A stretch of DNA of 39,986 nucleotides from Actinomycetota bacterium (GCA_046724795.1 JBKOXF010000101.1:1-39986); one strand, 5' to 3'; numbered from the stretch's first letter, positions 8,442 through 20,678 are shown. The notes: generated by a model not told the origin, from the letters alone. Numbers and translations are program-made.

Positions 8442-9302
8442 ATGCCCAGGACCATGTGGAAGGGCGCCATCTCCTTCGGACTCGTGTCGATCCCTATCAA
8501 GGTGTTCCCCTCGACCGAGGAGAAGGGCCTGTCCTTCAACCAGCTGCACGACGAGGACCACGGACGCATCAAGTACCAGCGGGTGTGTTCGAAATGCGGC
8601 GAGATCGTGCCCTTCGAGCACATCGTGAAGGGCTATGAGTACGAGAAGGACCGCTACGTCGTCCTCACCGACGAGGAGCTCGACTCGGTCCCCGTAGAGT
8701 CATCGCGAGCCATCGACATCCTGCAGTTCGTCGACGCGGACGACATCGACCCCATCTACTACAAGAAGTCCTACTACCTCGTGCCCGAGGAGACCGGCGC
8801 GAAGGCCTACAAGCTTCTCAGGGAGGCGATGTCCGAGGACGGACGCGTGGGGATCGCGAAAGTGTCCTTCCGCGACAAGGAGCACCTCTCCGCGCTGCGG
8901 TTCTCCGGCGACGTCCTGGTGCTCGAGACCATGTACTGGCCCGACGAGATCCGCGAGGCCAAGTTCGAGGAGCTGGACAAGGACGCCAAGCTCCGTCCGC
9001 AAGAGGTGCAGATGGCGCGGACGCTCATCGACAATCTCACCGAGGACTGGAAACCCGACCAGTACCAGGACGAGTACCGCAACGCGCTGCTCGAGATGGT
9101 GGAGAAGAAGGTCGCGGGAGAGGAGATCGAGATCGTCGAGGCTCCAGAGCCGACCAAGGTGGTCGACCTGATGGAGGCCCTGAAGGCCTCGGTCGAGGCA
9201 GCCAAGAAGCCGGCGGCGCCGGCGAAGGCGTCCACCGCCAAGCGCTCCACCGCGAAGAAGTCCACGGCGAAGAAGTCGACGGCGAAGCGGAAGGCCGGCT
9301 AG
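8442..9302 (+). CDS. ku: NHEJ end-binding protein Ku
   Basis: MWKGAISFGLVSIPIKVF...YEKDRYVVLTDEELD...YYKKSYYLVPE is the canonical bacterial Ku core. The gene is divergent from ligD and has a basic C-terminal tail. Confidence 0.95.
   Translation: MPRTMWKGAISFGLVSIPIKVFPSTEEKGLSFNQLHDEDHGRIKYQRVCSKCGEIVPFEHIVKGYEYEKDRYVVLTDEELDSVPVESSRAIDILQFVDADDIDPIYYKKSYYLVPEETGAKAYKLLREAMSEDGRVGIAKVSFRDKEHLSALRFSGDVLVLETMYWPDEIREAKFEELDKDAKLRPQEVQMARTLIDNLTEDWKPDQYQDEYRNALLEMVEKKVAGEEIEIVEAPEPTKVVDLMEALKASVEAAKKPAAPAKASTAKRSTAKKSTAKKSTAKRKAG
9231..9290 (+). repeat. Four 15-nt tandem repeats encoding the STAK(R/K) tail of Ku
   Basis: Units are tccaccgccaagcgc / tccaccgcgaagaag / tccacggcgaagaag / tcgacggcgaagcgg. 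Confidence 0.8.
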
Positions 9303-9314
9303 CGCCGGTACCTC

Positions 9315-10154
9315 GTGGCGGGCCACGAGAAGGGCCAGCTCCGCCGGTTCTTCGGATTCCACGCGGAGACGTTCGTCTGTTCACGACGCGGCCACGTCAC
9401 GCCTGCCGCGTTGGTCGAACAGCTCCGCCCCGAGGACGCCGGGCTCGGCGTCGATCTCCCCGACGGACGTCGCATGGCTCGGTGCACTCGGTGCGACGTG
9501 TGGATCGACACGACCCCACCCGCGAACCCCGTTCGGAAGACGCTGCCGACCGTCGACGACATCAAGCTCCCCCGGCGAGGCCGTCCGCTCCGCGACGCCA
9601 TCGTGCTGCGCCTGATCGCCATCGATCGAGGCGTCCACGCCGTCCTGTTCAGCCTGCTCGCGGTGATCCTGTTCCTGTTGGAGACGAACCTCGGCTCGCT
9701 CCGCCAGGACGCTCAGACGCTCATCTCGAACCTCACCGAGAACACCGGCCAGGGCGCCAGCCAGGGCACCCTCGACCGGTGGCTGCACGACCTCCTGCAC
9801 ATCAGGAAGCACACCGTGCTGATCCTGCTGTTCACGGCGATCGCGTACGCGGTCGTGGAGGGGGTCGAGGCGGTGGGCCTGTGGCTGGAGAAGCGCTGGG
9901 CCGAATACCTGACCGCCATCGCCACCGCGGGGTTCCTTCCCTTCGAGATCCACGAGCTGACCAAGAAGGTCACCGTGCTCCGAGTCGCAGCCCTGGTGGT
10001 GAACGTGGCCATCCTTGTATGGCTGGTGTGGCGCAAGCGGCTGTTCGGCGTCCGCGGCGGGATCAAGGCCGAGGAACAGGACGAGGAGATCGACCGGCCC
10101 GCCCTGTTCGGTCCGCCGGCCACGGCCCCAGCCCCTGCGGAGCGCGCGATTTAA
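9315..10154 (+). CDS. DUF2127-like membrane protein with an N-terminal Cys-containing cytoplasmic segment
   Basis: Four TM helices and the motif AVVEGVEAVGLWLEKRWAEYLT typical of DUF2127. GTG start. Confidence 0.6.
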   Translation: MAGHEKGQLRRFFGFHAETFVCSRRGHVTPAALVEQLRPEDAGLGVDLPDGRRMARCTRCDVWIDTTPPANPVRKTLPTVDDIKLPRRGRPLRDAIVLRLIAIDRGVHAVLFSLLAVILFLLETNLGSLRQDAQTLISNLTENTGQGASQGTLDRWLHDLLHIRKHTVLILLFTAIAYAVVEGVEAVGLWLEKRWAEYLTAIATAGFLPFEIHELTKKVTVLRVAALVVNVAILVWLVWRKRLFGVRGGIKAEEQDEEIDRPALFGPPATAPAPAERAI

Positions 10155-10188
10155 CGCGGCCGAAACAGGGCCGCAACCGCCGGGAAAC
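10151..10188 (+). promoter_or_regulatory. GlnR-type operator array (a-b-a-b boxes with 11-nt phasing) upstream of amt
   Basis: Reads TTAAC-n6-GAAAC-n6-GCAAC-n6-GAAAC, matching the actinobacterial GlnR consensus gTnAc-n6-GaAAc repeated twice. It lies ~50 nt upstream of the amt start. Confidence 0.5.
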
Positions 10189-10238
10189 CTCCCTCGGGCA
10201 GACTCCGCCGATAGCCCGCTCCCCGGAGGAGGTTGTCC

Positions 10239-14429
<4,191 letters not shown>

Positions 14430-14432
14430 CGC

Positions 14433-14762
14433 TCAGGCGACGGGTGTGCCGTCCTCGACCTCGTCGTCGGGGCGAAGGAGGACCACGCCCTTCTCGTCGG
14501 ACATCGCGCCGAGCACGAGGACCTCGCTCTCGAACCCGGCCACGCGGCGCGGCTCGAACCCGAGGACGGCGACGACCTGGCGGCCTACGAGGTCCTCCGG
14601 CCGATAATGGGTGATCTGCGCCGCCGACATTCGCAGGCCGCGGTTCCCGAAGTCGATCGTGAGCGTGCGGAAGGCCTTGCGGGTCCCGGTGAGCTCGCCG
14701 ACCTCGGCGACCCGTCCCACGGAGAGCTCGAGGCGCTCGAACTCCTCCCACGTGGCCGTCAT
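14433..14762 (-). CDS. tRNA-binding (EMAP/CsaA-like) domain protein
   Basis: The true start is the internal ATG at 14762, giving MTATWEEFERLELSVGRVAEV...LVGRQVVAVLGFEPRRVAGFESEVLVLG. It overlaps the upstream gene as ATGA. The longer track ORF extends it with Arg-rich junk. Confidence 0.75.
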   Translation of the reverse strand: MTATWEEFERLELSVGRVAEVGELTGTRKAFRTLTIDFGNRGLRMSAAQITHYRPEDLVGRQVVAVLGFEPRRVAGFESEVLVLGAMSDEKGVVLLRPDDEVEDGTPVA

Positions 14763-15466
14763 CCGGGTCCGATCAATGCCGCGAGCCGCTCGGCGAAGAT
14801 CGGCCCGGCGCCCTTGTCCTCGTGCTTGAAGTAGGCGTACACGTCGCGCCCGTCTTCCAATGCCGGCGCGATGCGCTCCGCCCACACCTTGATCTCTTCG
14901 TCGGTGTAGGCCTCCTTCCGCAACCGCAGGTAGCCGAACGGCTCGAATACGGGCGCGCCGCCGGATGATTCGTCGGTCTCGGCCGTGCACCACGCGATGC
15001 CCTGGTCGGCAAGGATCGGTTTGGCTTCCTCCCACGAGGAATCACGGAACTCCATCGCGTACTTGGCGGTCGGGGGGAGGTACGCGGCGAACGCTTCGAT
15101 GAGTCCCCGGTCGAACTTCAGCGACGGAGGGCACTGGAACAGGATGGGGCCCAGGCGGTCGCCGAGGAGCTTGACCCGGTCCAGGAAGAACGACACGGAT
15201 TCGTCCGCATCCCGGAGCCGCAGTGTGTGAGTGATCCGCTGGTGCGCCTTGAGGGCGAACGCGAACCCCTCCGGCGTCTGCGCCCTCCACGTCTCGAGCG
15301 TTGTCTCGGAGGGCTGCCGCCGGAACGTGTAGTTGATCTCGACGGACCGGAACCGCCCGGCGAAGAACCCGAGCATCTCGCGGTCCTTCAGCGTCTCCGG
15401 GTAGAACGGCCCTTTCCATTCCTTGTACGCGAAGCCGGAGGTCCCGAGGTACAGCGTTCCGCTCAT
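14759..15466 (-). CDS. DUF72 (YecE-like) family protein
   Basis: LYLGTSGFAYKEWKGPFYPE...RFRSVEINYTFRR...FALKAHQRITH is the DUF72 signature. Start set at ATG 15466. Confidence 0.82.
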   Translation of the reverse strand: MSGTLYLGTSGFAYKEWKGPFYPETLKDREMLGFFAGRFRSVEINYTFRRQPSETTLETWRAQTPEGFAFALKAHQRITHTLRLRDADESVSFFLDRVKLLGDRLGPILFQCPPSLKFDRGLIEAFAAYLPPTAKYAMEFRDSSWEEAKPILADQGIAWCTAETDESSGGAPVFEPFGYLRLRKEAYTDEEIKVWAERIAPALEDGRDVYAYFKHEDKGAGPIFAERLAALIGPG

Positions 15467-15484
15467 GGCCCGTAGTCTCTCACC

Positions 15485-16144
15485 GTGGTCCGGGAGATCG
15501 AGATCGACACGCCTCGGGGGTCGGTGTCCGGCGCGTGGGAGTGGCCCCGAGGGGCCGGCGCCGTGCTCGTTCTCGCGCACGGCGCCGGCGGCGATCGGCG
15601 CTCCGCGCTGCTCGCGGGTCTGGCGGACGGACTGGCCGGATTCGGGATCGGCACGCTCCGGTTCAACTTCGCGTACAGCGAGCGGGGGCGTCGGGCCCCG
15701 GACCAGCAGCCCGCCCTCCGCGACGTCTTCTCGGCGGCGTTCGACGTTGCCGTCCGGCGGGCTCGCGGCGCGCCCGTGTTCGTGGGCGGGAAATCTCTCG
15801 GAGGAAGGATCGCGTCACTGCTCGTCGCGGACGGCCTGGCCGCGGCCGGGCTGGTGTTCGTGGGCTATCCGTTGCATGCCCCGGGGAAGCCGGAAAAGCT
15901 CCGCGACGAGCACCTCGATCGGATCCGAGTTCCCATGTTGTTCCTGCAAGGCACGGCCGATCCGTTCGCGCGATGGGATCTCCTCACGGCGGTGACGAAT
16001 CGGCTCGGACGGCGAGCGACGGTGCACCCGATTGACGGCGGCGACCACTCCTTCCGCGTCCGGGGCCGGAGGGTCCCCGACGAGGAGATCGGCCGCGACC
16101 TCGCGGAACCCAGCGCGTCGTTCATCCACCGGGTGGCGGGGTAG
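15485..16144 (+). CDS. Alpha/beta hydrolase (KANL3/Tex30-like, dienelactone-hydrolase-type)
   Basis: VLVLAHGAGG, the nucleophile elbow GGKSLGG, and LFLQGTADPF...DGGDHSF. Confidence 0.78.
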   Translation: MVREIEIDTPRGSVSGAWEWPRGAGAVLVLAHGAGGDRRSALLAGLADGLAGFGIGTLRFNFAYSERGRRAPDQQPALRDVFSAAFDVAVRRARGAPVFVGGKSLGGRIASLLVADGLAAAGLVFVGYPLHAPGKPEKLRDEHLDRIRVPMLFLQGTADPFARWDLLTAVTNRLGRRATVHPIDGGDHSFRVRGRRVPDEEIGRDLAEPSASFIHRVAG

Positions 16145-16146
16145 CG

Positions 16147-16422
16147 GTGCCGAGGAAGCATCGGGCCGCCCGGGAGCGTTCCTCGGCCCCGACGAAGCCC
16201 GACCGGCCGACCTCGAACGCGCCCGAGTGGGCGCACGCTGGGGGTCACGACGTCCGATCGGTGTCCTCCGAGAAGGTGTACCGCTGCCCGGGGTGTGACC
16301 ACGAGATCCGCCCGCTGCTGACCCACCTCGTAGTGGTCCCCGCGGACGACCCCGGATCCCGCCGGCACTGGCATACGGAGTGTTGGCGCGGGGAGCTTCG
16401 TAGGGCGCGCGGCCGGCCCTAG
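16147..16422 (+). CDS. Small conserved Cys/His protein (YRCPGC...RRHWHTECW)
   Basis: I recall the YRCPGCDHEI...HLVVVP...RRHWHTECW pattern from small actinobacterial proteins that are often mis-annotated as ATP/GTP-binding. GTG start lies 3 nt after the upstream stop. Confidence 0.5.
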   Translation: MPRKHRAARERSSAPTKPDRPTSNAPEWAHAGGHDVRSVSSEKVYRCPGCDHEIRPLLTHLVVVPADDPGSRRHWHTECWRGELRRARGRP

Positions 16423-16468
16423 GTTCGGTCTGGCGCGAAACGACGCGCTGCTCGCCTACGCTGTCGCC

Positions 16469-16813
16469 ATGGCGCCCCCTCGCGAGGTCCGAGCCGTGAT
16501 GTGGCGGGAGGGCAACCGCTGGTTCGGCCGGCTGCAGGGTCCGGGCGCGCACACCAGGACGGCGCGAGCGAGGTCGACGTGTCTCGCCGCGCTTCGTCGC
16601 GACGCCGGCCGGGCCACGCTGACCGTCGAGACGGTCCCCGATCTGGTCGGGGTGGCCGAAGCCGCCGCGTTGCTCGGGTGGGACAAGCGCCGCGTGTTCA
16701 CCTACATCTCGCGCGGATCGTTCCCGGAGCCGGTCGCGATGCTGGCGTCCGGTCGGGTGTGGCGAAGGAGCGACATCGACGACTACCGTCGATCCAGGCG
16801 ATCGAGGCGGTAG
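16469..16813 (+). CDS. Putative DNA-binding protein: HicB-like N-terminus fused to an excisionase/MerR-type HTH
   Basis: The N-terminus REGNRWFGRLQGPGAHTRTARARSTCLAALR is HicB-antitoxin-like. The C-terminus LVGVAEAAALLGWDKRRVFTYISRGSFPEPV...GRVWRRSDID is an HTH_17-like helix-turn-helix. Confidence 0.5.
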   Translation: MAPPREVRAVMWREGNRWFGRLQGPGAHTRTARARSTCLAALRRDAGRATLTVETVPDLVGVAEAAALLGWDKRRVFTYISRGSFPEPVAMLASGRVWRRSDIDDYRRSRRSRR

Positions 16814-16887
16814 AGAACGAGCGAGGGGCCGGCCCCGCGAGCGGGGGCGGCCCCACAGCGCTGCGTCACGCGATCCGAGGCCGGAGG

Positions 16888-17211
16888 CTAGGCAGCGCTA
16901 CGGATGTGGGTGTCCGTGGTCTCGGGCGAGCGCCGGTGGCCGTAGGACGCGAGGAAGCCGAACACGGCCTCCCACACCGTGGCCATGCCGGCGATCACGA
17001 TGCCGGTGCTCACCACGCCCATCCAGTCCTTGCGGAACACCTGGCTCCAGCCGGCGAAGACGTTGTAGTCGATGAGCCACGTGAGCCCCACGCCGAGCAG
17101 GATGGTCAAGGTGATCGTGGCGGCCCGGGACAGGTGCCCGAGGGCTCCGACCAGATCCATCACCTTGTAGAGAGCGAGACCGAGCAGTGCAATGGTGGCG
17201 AACTCGTACAT
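16888..17211 (-). CDS. Small membrane protein (3 TM), unknown function
   Basis: Strong RBS AAAGGAGGTGG lies 7 nt before ATG 17211. The product MYEFATIALLGLALYKVMDLVGAL... is hydrophobic. The rest of the 286-aa track ORF is antisense to the SCP2 gene. Confidence 0.6.
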   Translation of the reverse strand: MYEFATIALLGLALYKVMDLVGALGHLSRAATITLTILLGVGLTWLIDYNVFAGWSQVFRKDWMGVVSTGIVIAGMATVWEAVFGFLASYGHRRSPETTDTHIRSAA

Positions 17212-17352
17212 GCGATTGCCACCTCCTTTCCGAACACCCTTGGACCCGCCGGGGCGCCCGGAGGTAACAGCCCAGGTGGGCCGGGATTTGACACGGGCGT
17301 CAGCCGCCTCGTTGTGTCTATACTTCGGCCCCCGATCAAGAAGGAGGCAGGT

Positions 17353-17736
17353 GTGGGCGTAGCGTTCCTCTCGGATGAGTGGGCCCAGCAGGTGCAGGAC
17401 AAGCTCAACTCGAGCGACGCCTTCAAGAGCGCCGCGGGATCCCAGAGCGCCAAGCTCCAGCAGGTCATCACCACCCCCGACGGCGAGAAGAAGTACTTCT
17501 TCAAGCTCGAGGGTGGAGCCGCCGAGGTGGGCATCGGCGAGGTCGACGGACCGGACGCGACCATCAGCCAGGACTACGACACGGCGGTGGCGCTGTCGAA
17601 GAACGAGCTGACCGGAACCTCCGCGTACATGAGCGGCAAGCTCCGGGTGTCCGGCGACCTCATGAAGCTCATGCAGCTCCAGGGCGCGCTCGGCCAGCTC
17701 CCCACGGCGCTCGCCGATCTCGACGTCGACTACTAA
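17353..17736 (+). CDS. SCP2 sterol-carrier-like domain protein
   Basis: AAGGAGG precedes GTG 17353 by 5 nt. The sequence FLSDEWAQQVQDKLNSSDAFKSAA...ELTGTSAYMSGKLRVSGDLMKLMQLQ is a typical SCP2 C-terminus. Confidence 0.75.
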   Translation: MGVAFLSDEWAQQVQDKLNSSDAFKSAAGSQSAKLQQVITTPDGEKKYFFKLEGGAAEVGIGEVDGPDATISQDYDTAVALSKNELTGTSAYMSGKLRVSGDLMKLMQLQGALGQLPTALADLDVDY

Positions 17737-17751
17737 GCGGAGCACCACCGC

Positions 17752-17781
17752 GTAGGGCCGGGGACATGTCCCCGGCCCTAC
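17752..17781. terminator. Perfect 30-nt palindrome serving as a bidirectional terminator between convergent genes
   Basis: GTAGGGCCGGGGACATGTCCCCGGCCCTAC equals its own reverse complement. It sits between the SCP2 stop (17736) and the thioesterase stop (17792). Confidence 0.65.
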
Positions 17782-17791
17782 CTGTTTCAGA

Positions 17792-18226
17792 TCAGAACGC
17801 GCCGGGCGCCGGCAGAACGATGAACGTCGCCGTCGCCCGGGCCAGGAGCCGCCCCTCGGCGTCGGAGACCTCCGCCTCCCCGTAGCCCATCCGCTGGCCG
17901 AGGTGCAGCGACCGGCCCCGGCCGAGGATGCGCGTCCCTTCGCCTTTGGACAGGAAATGCACGCCCAGCTGCGCCGTGCGATGCGTGTATCCGGGCCGGA
18001 GCATCGAGCGCAGGGCCAGCCCGATCGAGGTGTCGGCGATCGCCGCGATCACGCCTCCGTGGACGATGCCCTGCGGGTTGAAATGGTGATCCCCAAGATC
18101 CATCGACACCTCGGCTCGCCCGTTGCCCACCGAGATCAGGGACATCCCCGCCCACTGGTGGAACGGCGAGGTCCTGACCCGCTCTCGGATCTCCTCCAGG
18201 TACCGTTCGTCGAGCCCAGGCCCCAT
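17792..18226 (-). CDS. PaaI-family hotdog-fold thioesterase
   Basis: SPFHQWAGMSLISVGNGRAEVSMDL...NPQGIVHGGVIAAIADTSIG is the PaaI signature. Start at ATG 18226; GTG 18241 is an alternative. Confidence 0.8.
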   Translation of the reverse strand: MGPGLDERYLEEIRERVRTSPFHQWAGMSLISVGNGRAEVSMDLGDHHFNPQGIVHGGVIAAIADTSIGLALRSMLRPGYTHRTAQLGVHFLSKGEGTRILGRGRSLHLGQRMGYGEAEVSDAEGRLLARATATFIVLPAPGAF

Positions 18227-18313
18227 GTCCTCGACGTCCACGCGGCGAACACTAGTTGAGCAACGCGGCCCGTGGAACAATCGTTCGCGTCGCTTGCGGC
18301 CGAGGGGGCACGG

Positions 18314-18517
18314 ATGGAACCCGACGAGATCTGGCAGACGATCGTGAAGGCCGACGAGGCGCTGAAATACGCAACGCAAGACAGAGCCGATCGACGCCGG
18401 CAGCAGGCTGTGGAGCGACTCCGCGAGGCCCTGCGAGAGGCCGTCGCCATCGAGAACACGGCGCTCGCGGACCAAGCGCGGCGACGCCTGGACGACCTCG
18501 GCGAACCGCATGCCTGA
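18314..18517 (+). CDS. Small helical hypothetical protein coupled to the glucosidase gene
   Basis: ATG 18314 follows GAGGGGG. The product is charged and helical. Its stop overlaps the next gene's ATG by 8 nt. Confidence 0.4.
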   Translation: MEPDEIWQTIVKADEALKYATQDRADRRRQQAVERLREALREAVAIENTALADQARRRLDDLGEPHA

Positions 18518-20582
18518 GGGCGGACAGGATCTCGAGTTCGAACCCATCGAGGTCCTGGAGGGATCGAGCTTCATGCTGTCGGACCGTCGGGGCGACGTGT
18601 TCGAGGGCTCCATCGCAGGGTTCTTCCACGAGGACACCCGCTACCTCAACCGGTTCGTCCTCACCGTGGGAGGGCGGCCGCCGACGGTTCTCACCTCGGG
18701 CGGCGTCGACTACTACAGCGCCGCGTTCTACATGACGAACCCGGTCCTCGACGGGATCCCTGAACGGAGCCTGTCGATCTCGCGGTACCGGTTCGTCGGC
18801 GAAGGGCTTCGTGAGCGGATCCGCGTGCAGTCGCACTCGAGAGACCCGATCGGAGTGGAGGTTCGCCTGTCATGCGGGGTCGACTTCGCCGACCTGTTCG
18901 AGGTGAAGCAGCAACGGATCCGCAAGGGCGGCGACCTCTCGACCGCCCACGACCCGGTGCACGGGGTGTTGTTCTTCGCGTACGCGCATCACGAGTTCCG
19001 GGCGGCGACGCGGATCCACTCCACGGCGCACGGCCAGGCCGACGGCGACGACATCGTCTGGGACCTCGAGCTCGCGCCGGGCGGAATGTGGGAGACCGAC
19101 GTGCGGGTGGCGGTGCATCTGGAGGAAGAGATCCTCGACACGGTCCGCGAGGAGTTCGATGCATCCGAGCGGGAGGCGGGCATGGTCCTGCGCAAGTGGC
19201 AGGACGAGGTCCCGCGGCTGACCGCCGGCGCCGACCTCCTGGAGCACGTGTACGAGAGGTCGATCGTGGACCTCGCGGCATTGCGGCTTCACGCCGACGT
19301 CGAGGGCAACGACTACTCGCTCCCGGCCGCGGGCCTGCCGTGGTTCATGGCGATCTTCGGGCGCGACACCCTCGTCACGTCGTTCCAATCGCTGATGGTC
19401 GGCCCGGAGCTCGCCCGAGGCGCGTTGCGCGCGCTCGCGGCGCTGCAGGGGACCCAGGTCGACGACTTCAAGGACGAGGAGCCCGGGAAGATCCTCCACG
19501 AGATCCGCTTCGGCGAACTCGCCGCGCTCGGGCTGAGGCCGCACCGGCCCTATTACGGCACCGTCGATGCAACGCCGCTGTGGCTGATCCTGCTCTCCGA
19601 GTACTGGCGGTTCACGGGCGACGCCGAGACGTGCAAGGAGCTGTGGCCGAATGCGATGCGGGCCCTCGAATGGATCGATCGATATGGGGACGCCGATGGC
19701 GACGGATACGTCGAGTACGCCACGCGTTCCGAACAAGGGCTGCGCAACCAGTCCTGGAAGGACTCGTGGAACTCCATGCTGTTCGCGGACGGGGAGGTCG
19801 CCGACCCGCCGCTGGCGGTGTGCGAGGTCCAAGGCTACGTGTACGACGCGAAGGTGCGCACGGCGGAGCTCGCCGAGCGTGTGTGGGGCGATCCCGAGAT
19901 CGCCGGCAGGTTGCGCGACGAGGCCGCGAAGCTGTTCGACCAGTTCAACCGGGACTTCTGGACGGACGCGCGCGACGGCTACTACGTGCTCGCACTCGAC
20001 AAGGACAAGCGACAGGTCGACGCCATGACCTCGGACATGGGCCACCTCCTGTGGTCGGGGATCGTGCCGGAGGATCGGGCCAAGATCCTGGTGAAGCAGT
20101 TGTTCTCAGATCCGATGTGGTCGGGGTGGGGGGTCCGCACGATGTCCTCGGACGACGCCGGATTCAATCCGATCACGTACCACAACGGGACGGTGTGGCC
20201 TCACGACAACTCGCTGATCGCCGCGGGGCTGGTGCGGTACAGGTTCCGGGACGAAGCGACCCGGATCGCCCTGGCCATGCTCGAGGCCGCGTCGTTCACC
20301 GACTACCGGCTCCCGGAGGTGTTCGCGGGCTATCCGAGAGGGGAGAGCCGGTTCCCCGTGCGCTATCCCACTGCGTCCAGCCCACAGGCATGGGCCACGG
20401 CTGCGCCATTCCTGTGGCTCCGGCTCATGCTGGGGATCCGCGCCGAGGACGGCGGCCTGACGGTGGACCCCCGCGTGCCCGAGGAGTTCGGCGAGATCTA
20501 TTACCACGGACTCCACGCGTTCGGCGGCCACTGGGACGTCCGGGCCGCGGGCACGAAGGGCTCCGTCGAGCCCACCTCATGA
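18510..20582 (+). CDS. Amylo-alpha-1,6-glucosidase family protein (glycogen-debranching N-terminal domain plus GDE_C)
   Basis: LPAAGLPWFMAIFGRDTLVTSFQ...EEPGKILHEIRFGE...YYGTVDATPLWLILL...NQSWKDSWNSM...CEVQGYVYDA...YHNGTVWPHDN. Confidence 0.88.
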   Translation: MPEGGQDLEFEPIEVLEGSSFMLSDRRGDVFEGSIAGFFHEDTRYLNRFVLTVGGRPPTVLTSGGVDYYSAAFYMTNPVLDGIPERSLSISRYRFVGEGLRERIRVQSHSRDPIGVEVRLSCGVDFADLFEVKQQRIRKGGDLSTAHDPVHGVLFFAYAHHEFRAATRIHSTAHGQADGDDIVWDLELAPGGMWETDVRVAVHLEEEILDTVREEFDASEREAGMVLRKWQDEVPRLTAGADLLEHVYERSIVDLAALRLHADVEGNDYSLPAAGLPWFMAIFGRDTLVTSFQSLMVGPELARGALRALAALQGTQVDDFKDEEPGKILHEIRFGELAALGLRPHRPYYGTVDATPLWLILLSEYWRFTGDAETCKELWPNAMRALEWIDRYGDADGDGYVEYATRSEQGLRNQSWKDSWNSMLFADGEVADPPLAVCEVQGYVYDAKVRTAELAERVWGDPEIAGRLRDEAAKLFDQFNRDFWTDARDGYYVLALDKDKRQVDAMTSDMGHLLWSGIVPEDRAKILVKQLFSDPMWSGWGVRTMSSDDAGFNPITYHNGTVWPHDNSLIAAGLVRYRFRDEATRIALAMLEAASFTDYRLPEVFAGYPRGESRFPVRYPTASSPQAWATAAPFLWLRLMLGIRAEDGGLTVDPRVPEEFGEIYYHGLHAFGGHWDVRAAGTKGSVEPTS

Positions 20583-20601
20583 GGCGAGGCTCGGCCGCCG
20601 C

Positions 20602-20631
20602 TTGACAGCCCTCCGAGCCCCAGTGTATGAA
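20602..20631 (+). promoter_or_regulatory. Candidate promoter of the mmpL-tetR operon
   Basis: TTGACA (20602-20607), an 18-nt spacer and TATGAA (20626-20631), in a locally AT-rich intergenic stretch. Confidence 0.45.
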
Positions 20632-20637
20632 CACCGG

Positions 20638-20658
20638 TAACTTGACGATGTTAAGTTA
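20638..20658. promoter_or_regulatory. Inverted repeat TAACTT-n9-AAGTTA, a candidate TetR operator
   Basis: The repeat sits immediately downstream of the putative -10, about 20 nt before the mmpL RBS GGAAGGAG. A TetR gene is translationally coupled downstream of mmpL. Confidence 0.4.
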
Positions 20659-20678
20659 GTATCGGAAGGAGATACTCC

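Noticed and set aside
6175-8628. 817-aa plus-strand ORF spanning the ligD region
   Set aside because: It is antisense to an unmistakable LigD, and its product is Arg/Pro/His/Leu-rich low-complexity text with no motifs. This is the typical open antisense frame of a high-GC genome. The same reasoning rejects 23..1375(+), 1700..3046(-), 2397..3713(-), 9381..10949(-), 18870..20045(-), 20994..22826(-), 22523..24415(-), 25106..26329(-), 28707..29999(-), 30935..33049(-) and 34058..35188(-).
17280-17325. TTGACA ... TATACT promoter in the divergent region upstream of the SCP2 gene
   Set aside because: The spacer is ~25 nt, too long for a sigma-70-type promoter. The TATACT -10 may still be used with a different -35, but I cannot support that from the sequence.
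20642-20662. Second promoter, TTGACG with TAGTAT, upstream of mmpL
   Set aside because: The spacer between the two hexamers is only 9 nt, and the implied TSS would fall inside the RBS.
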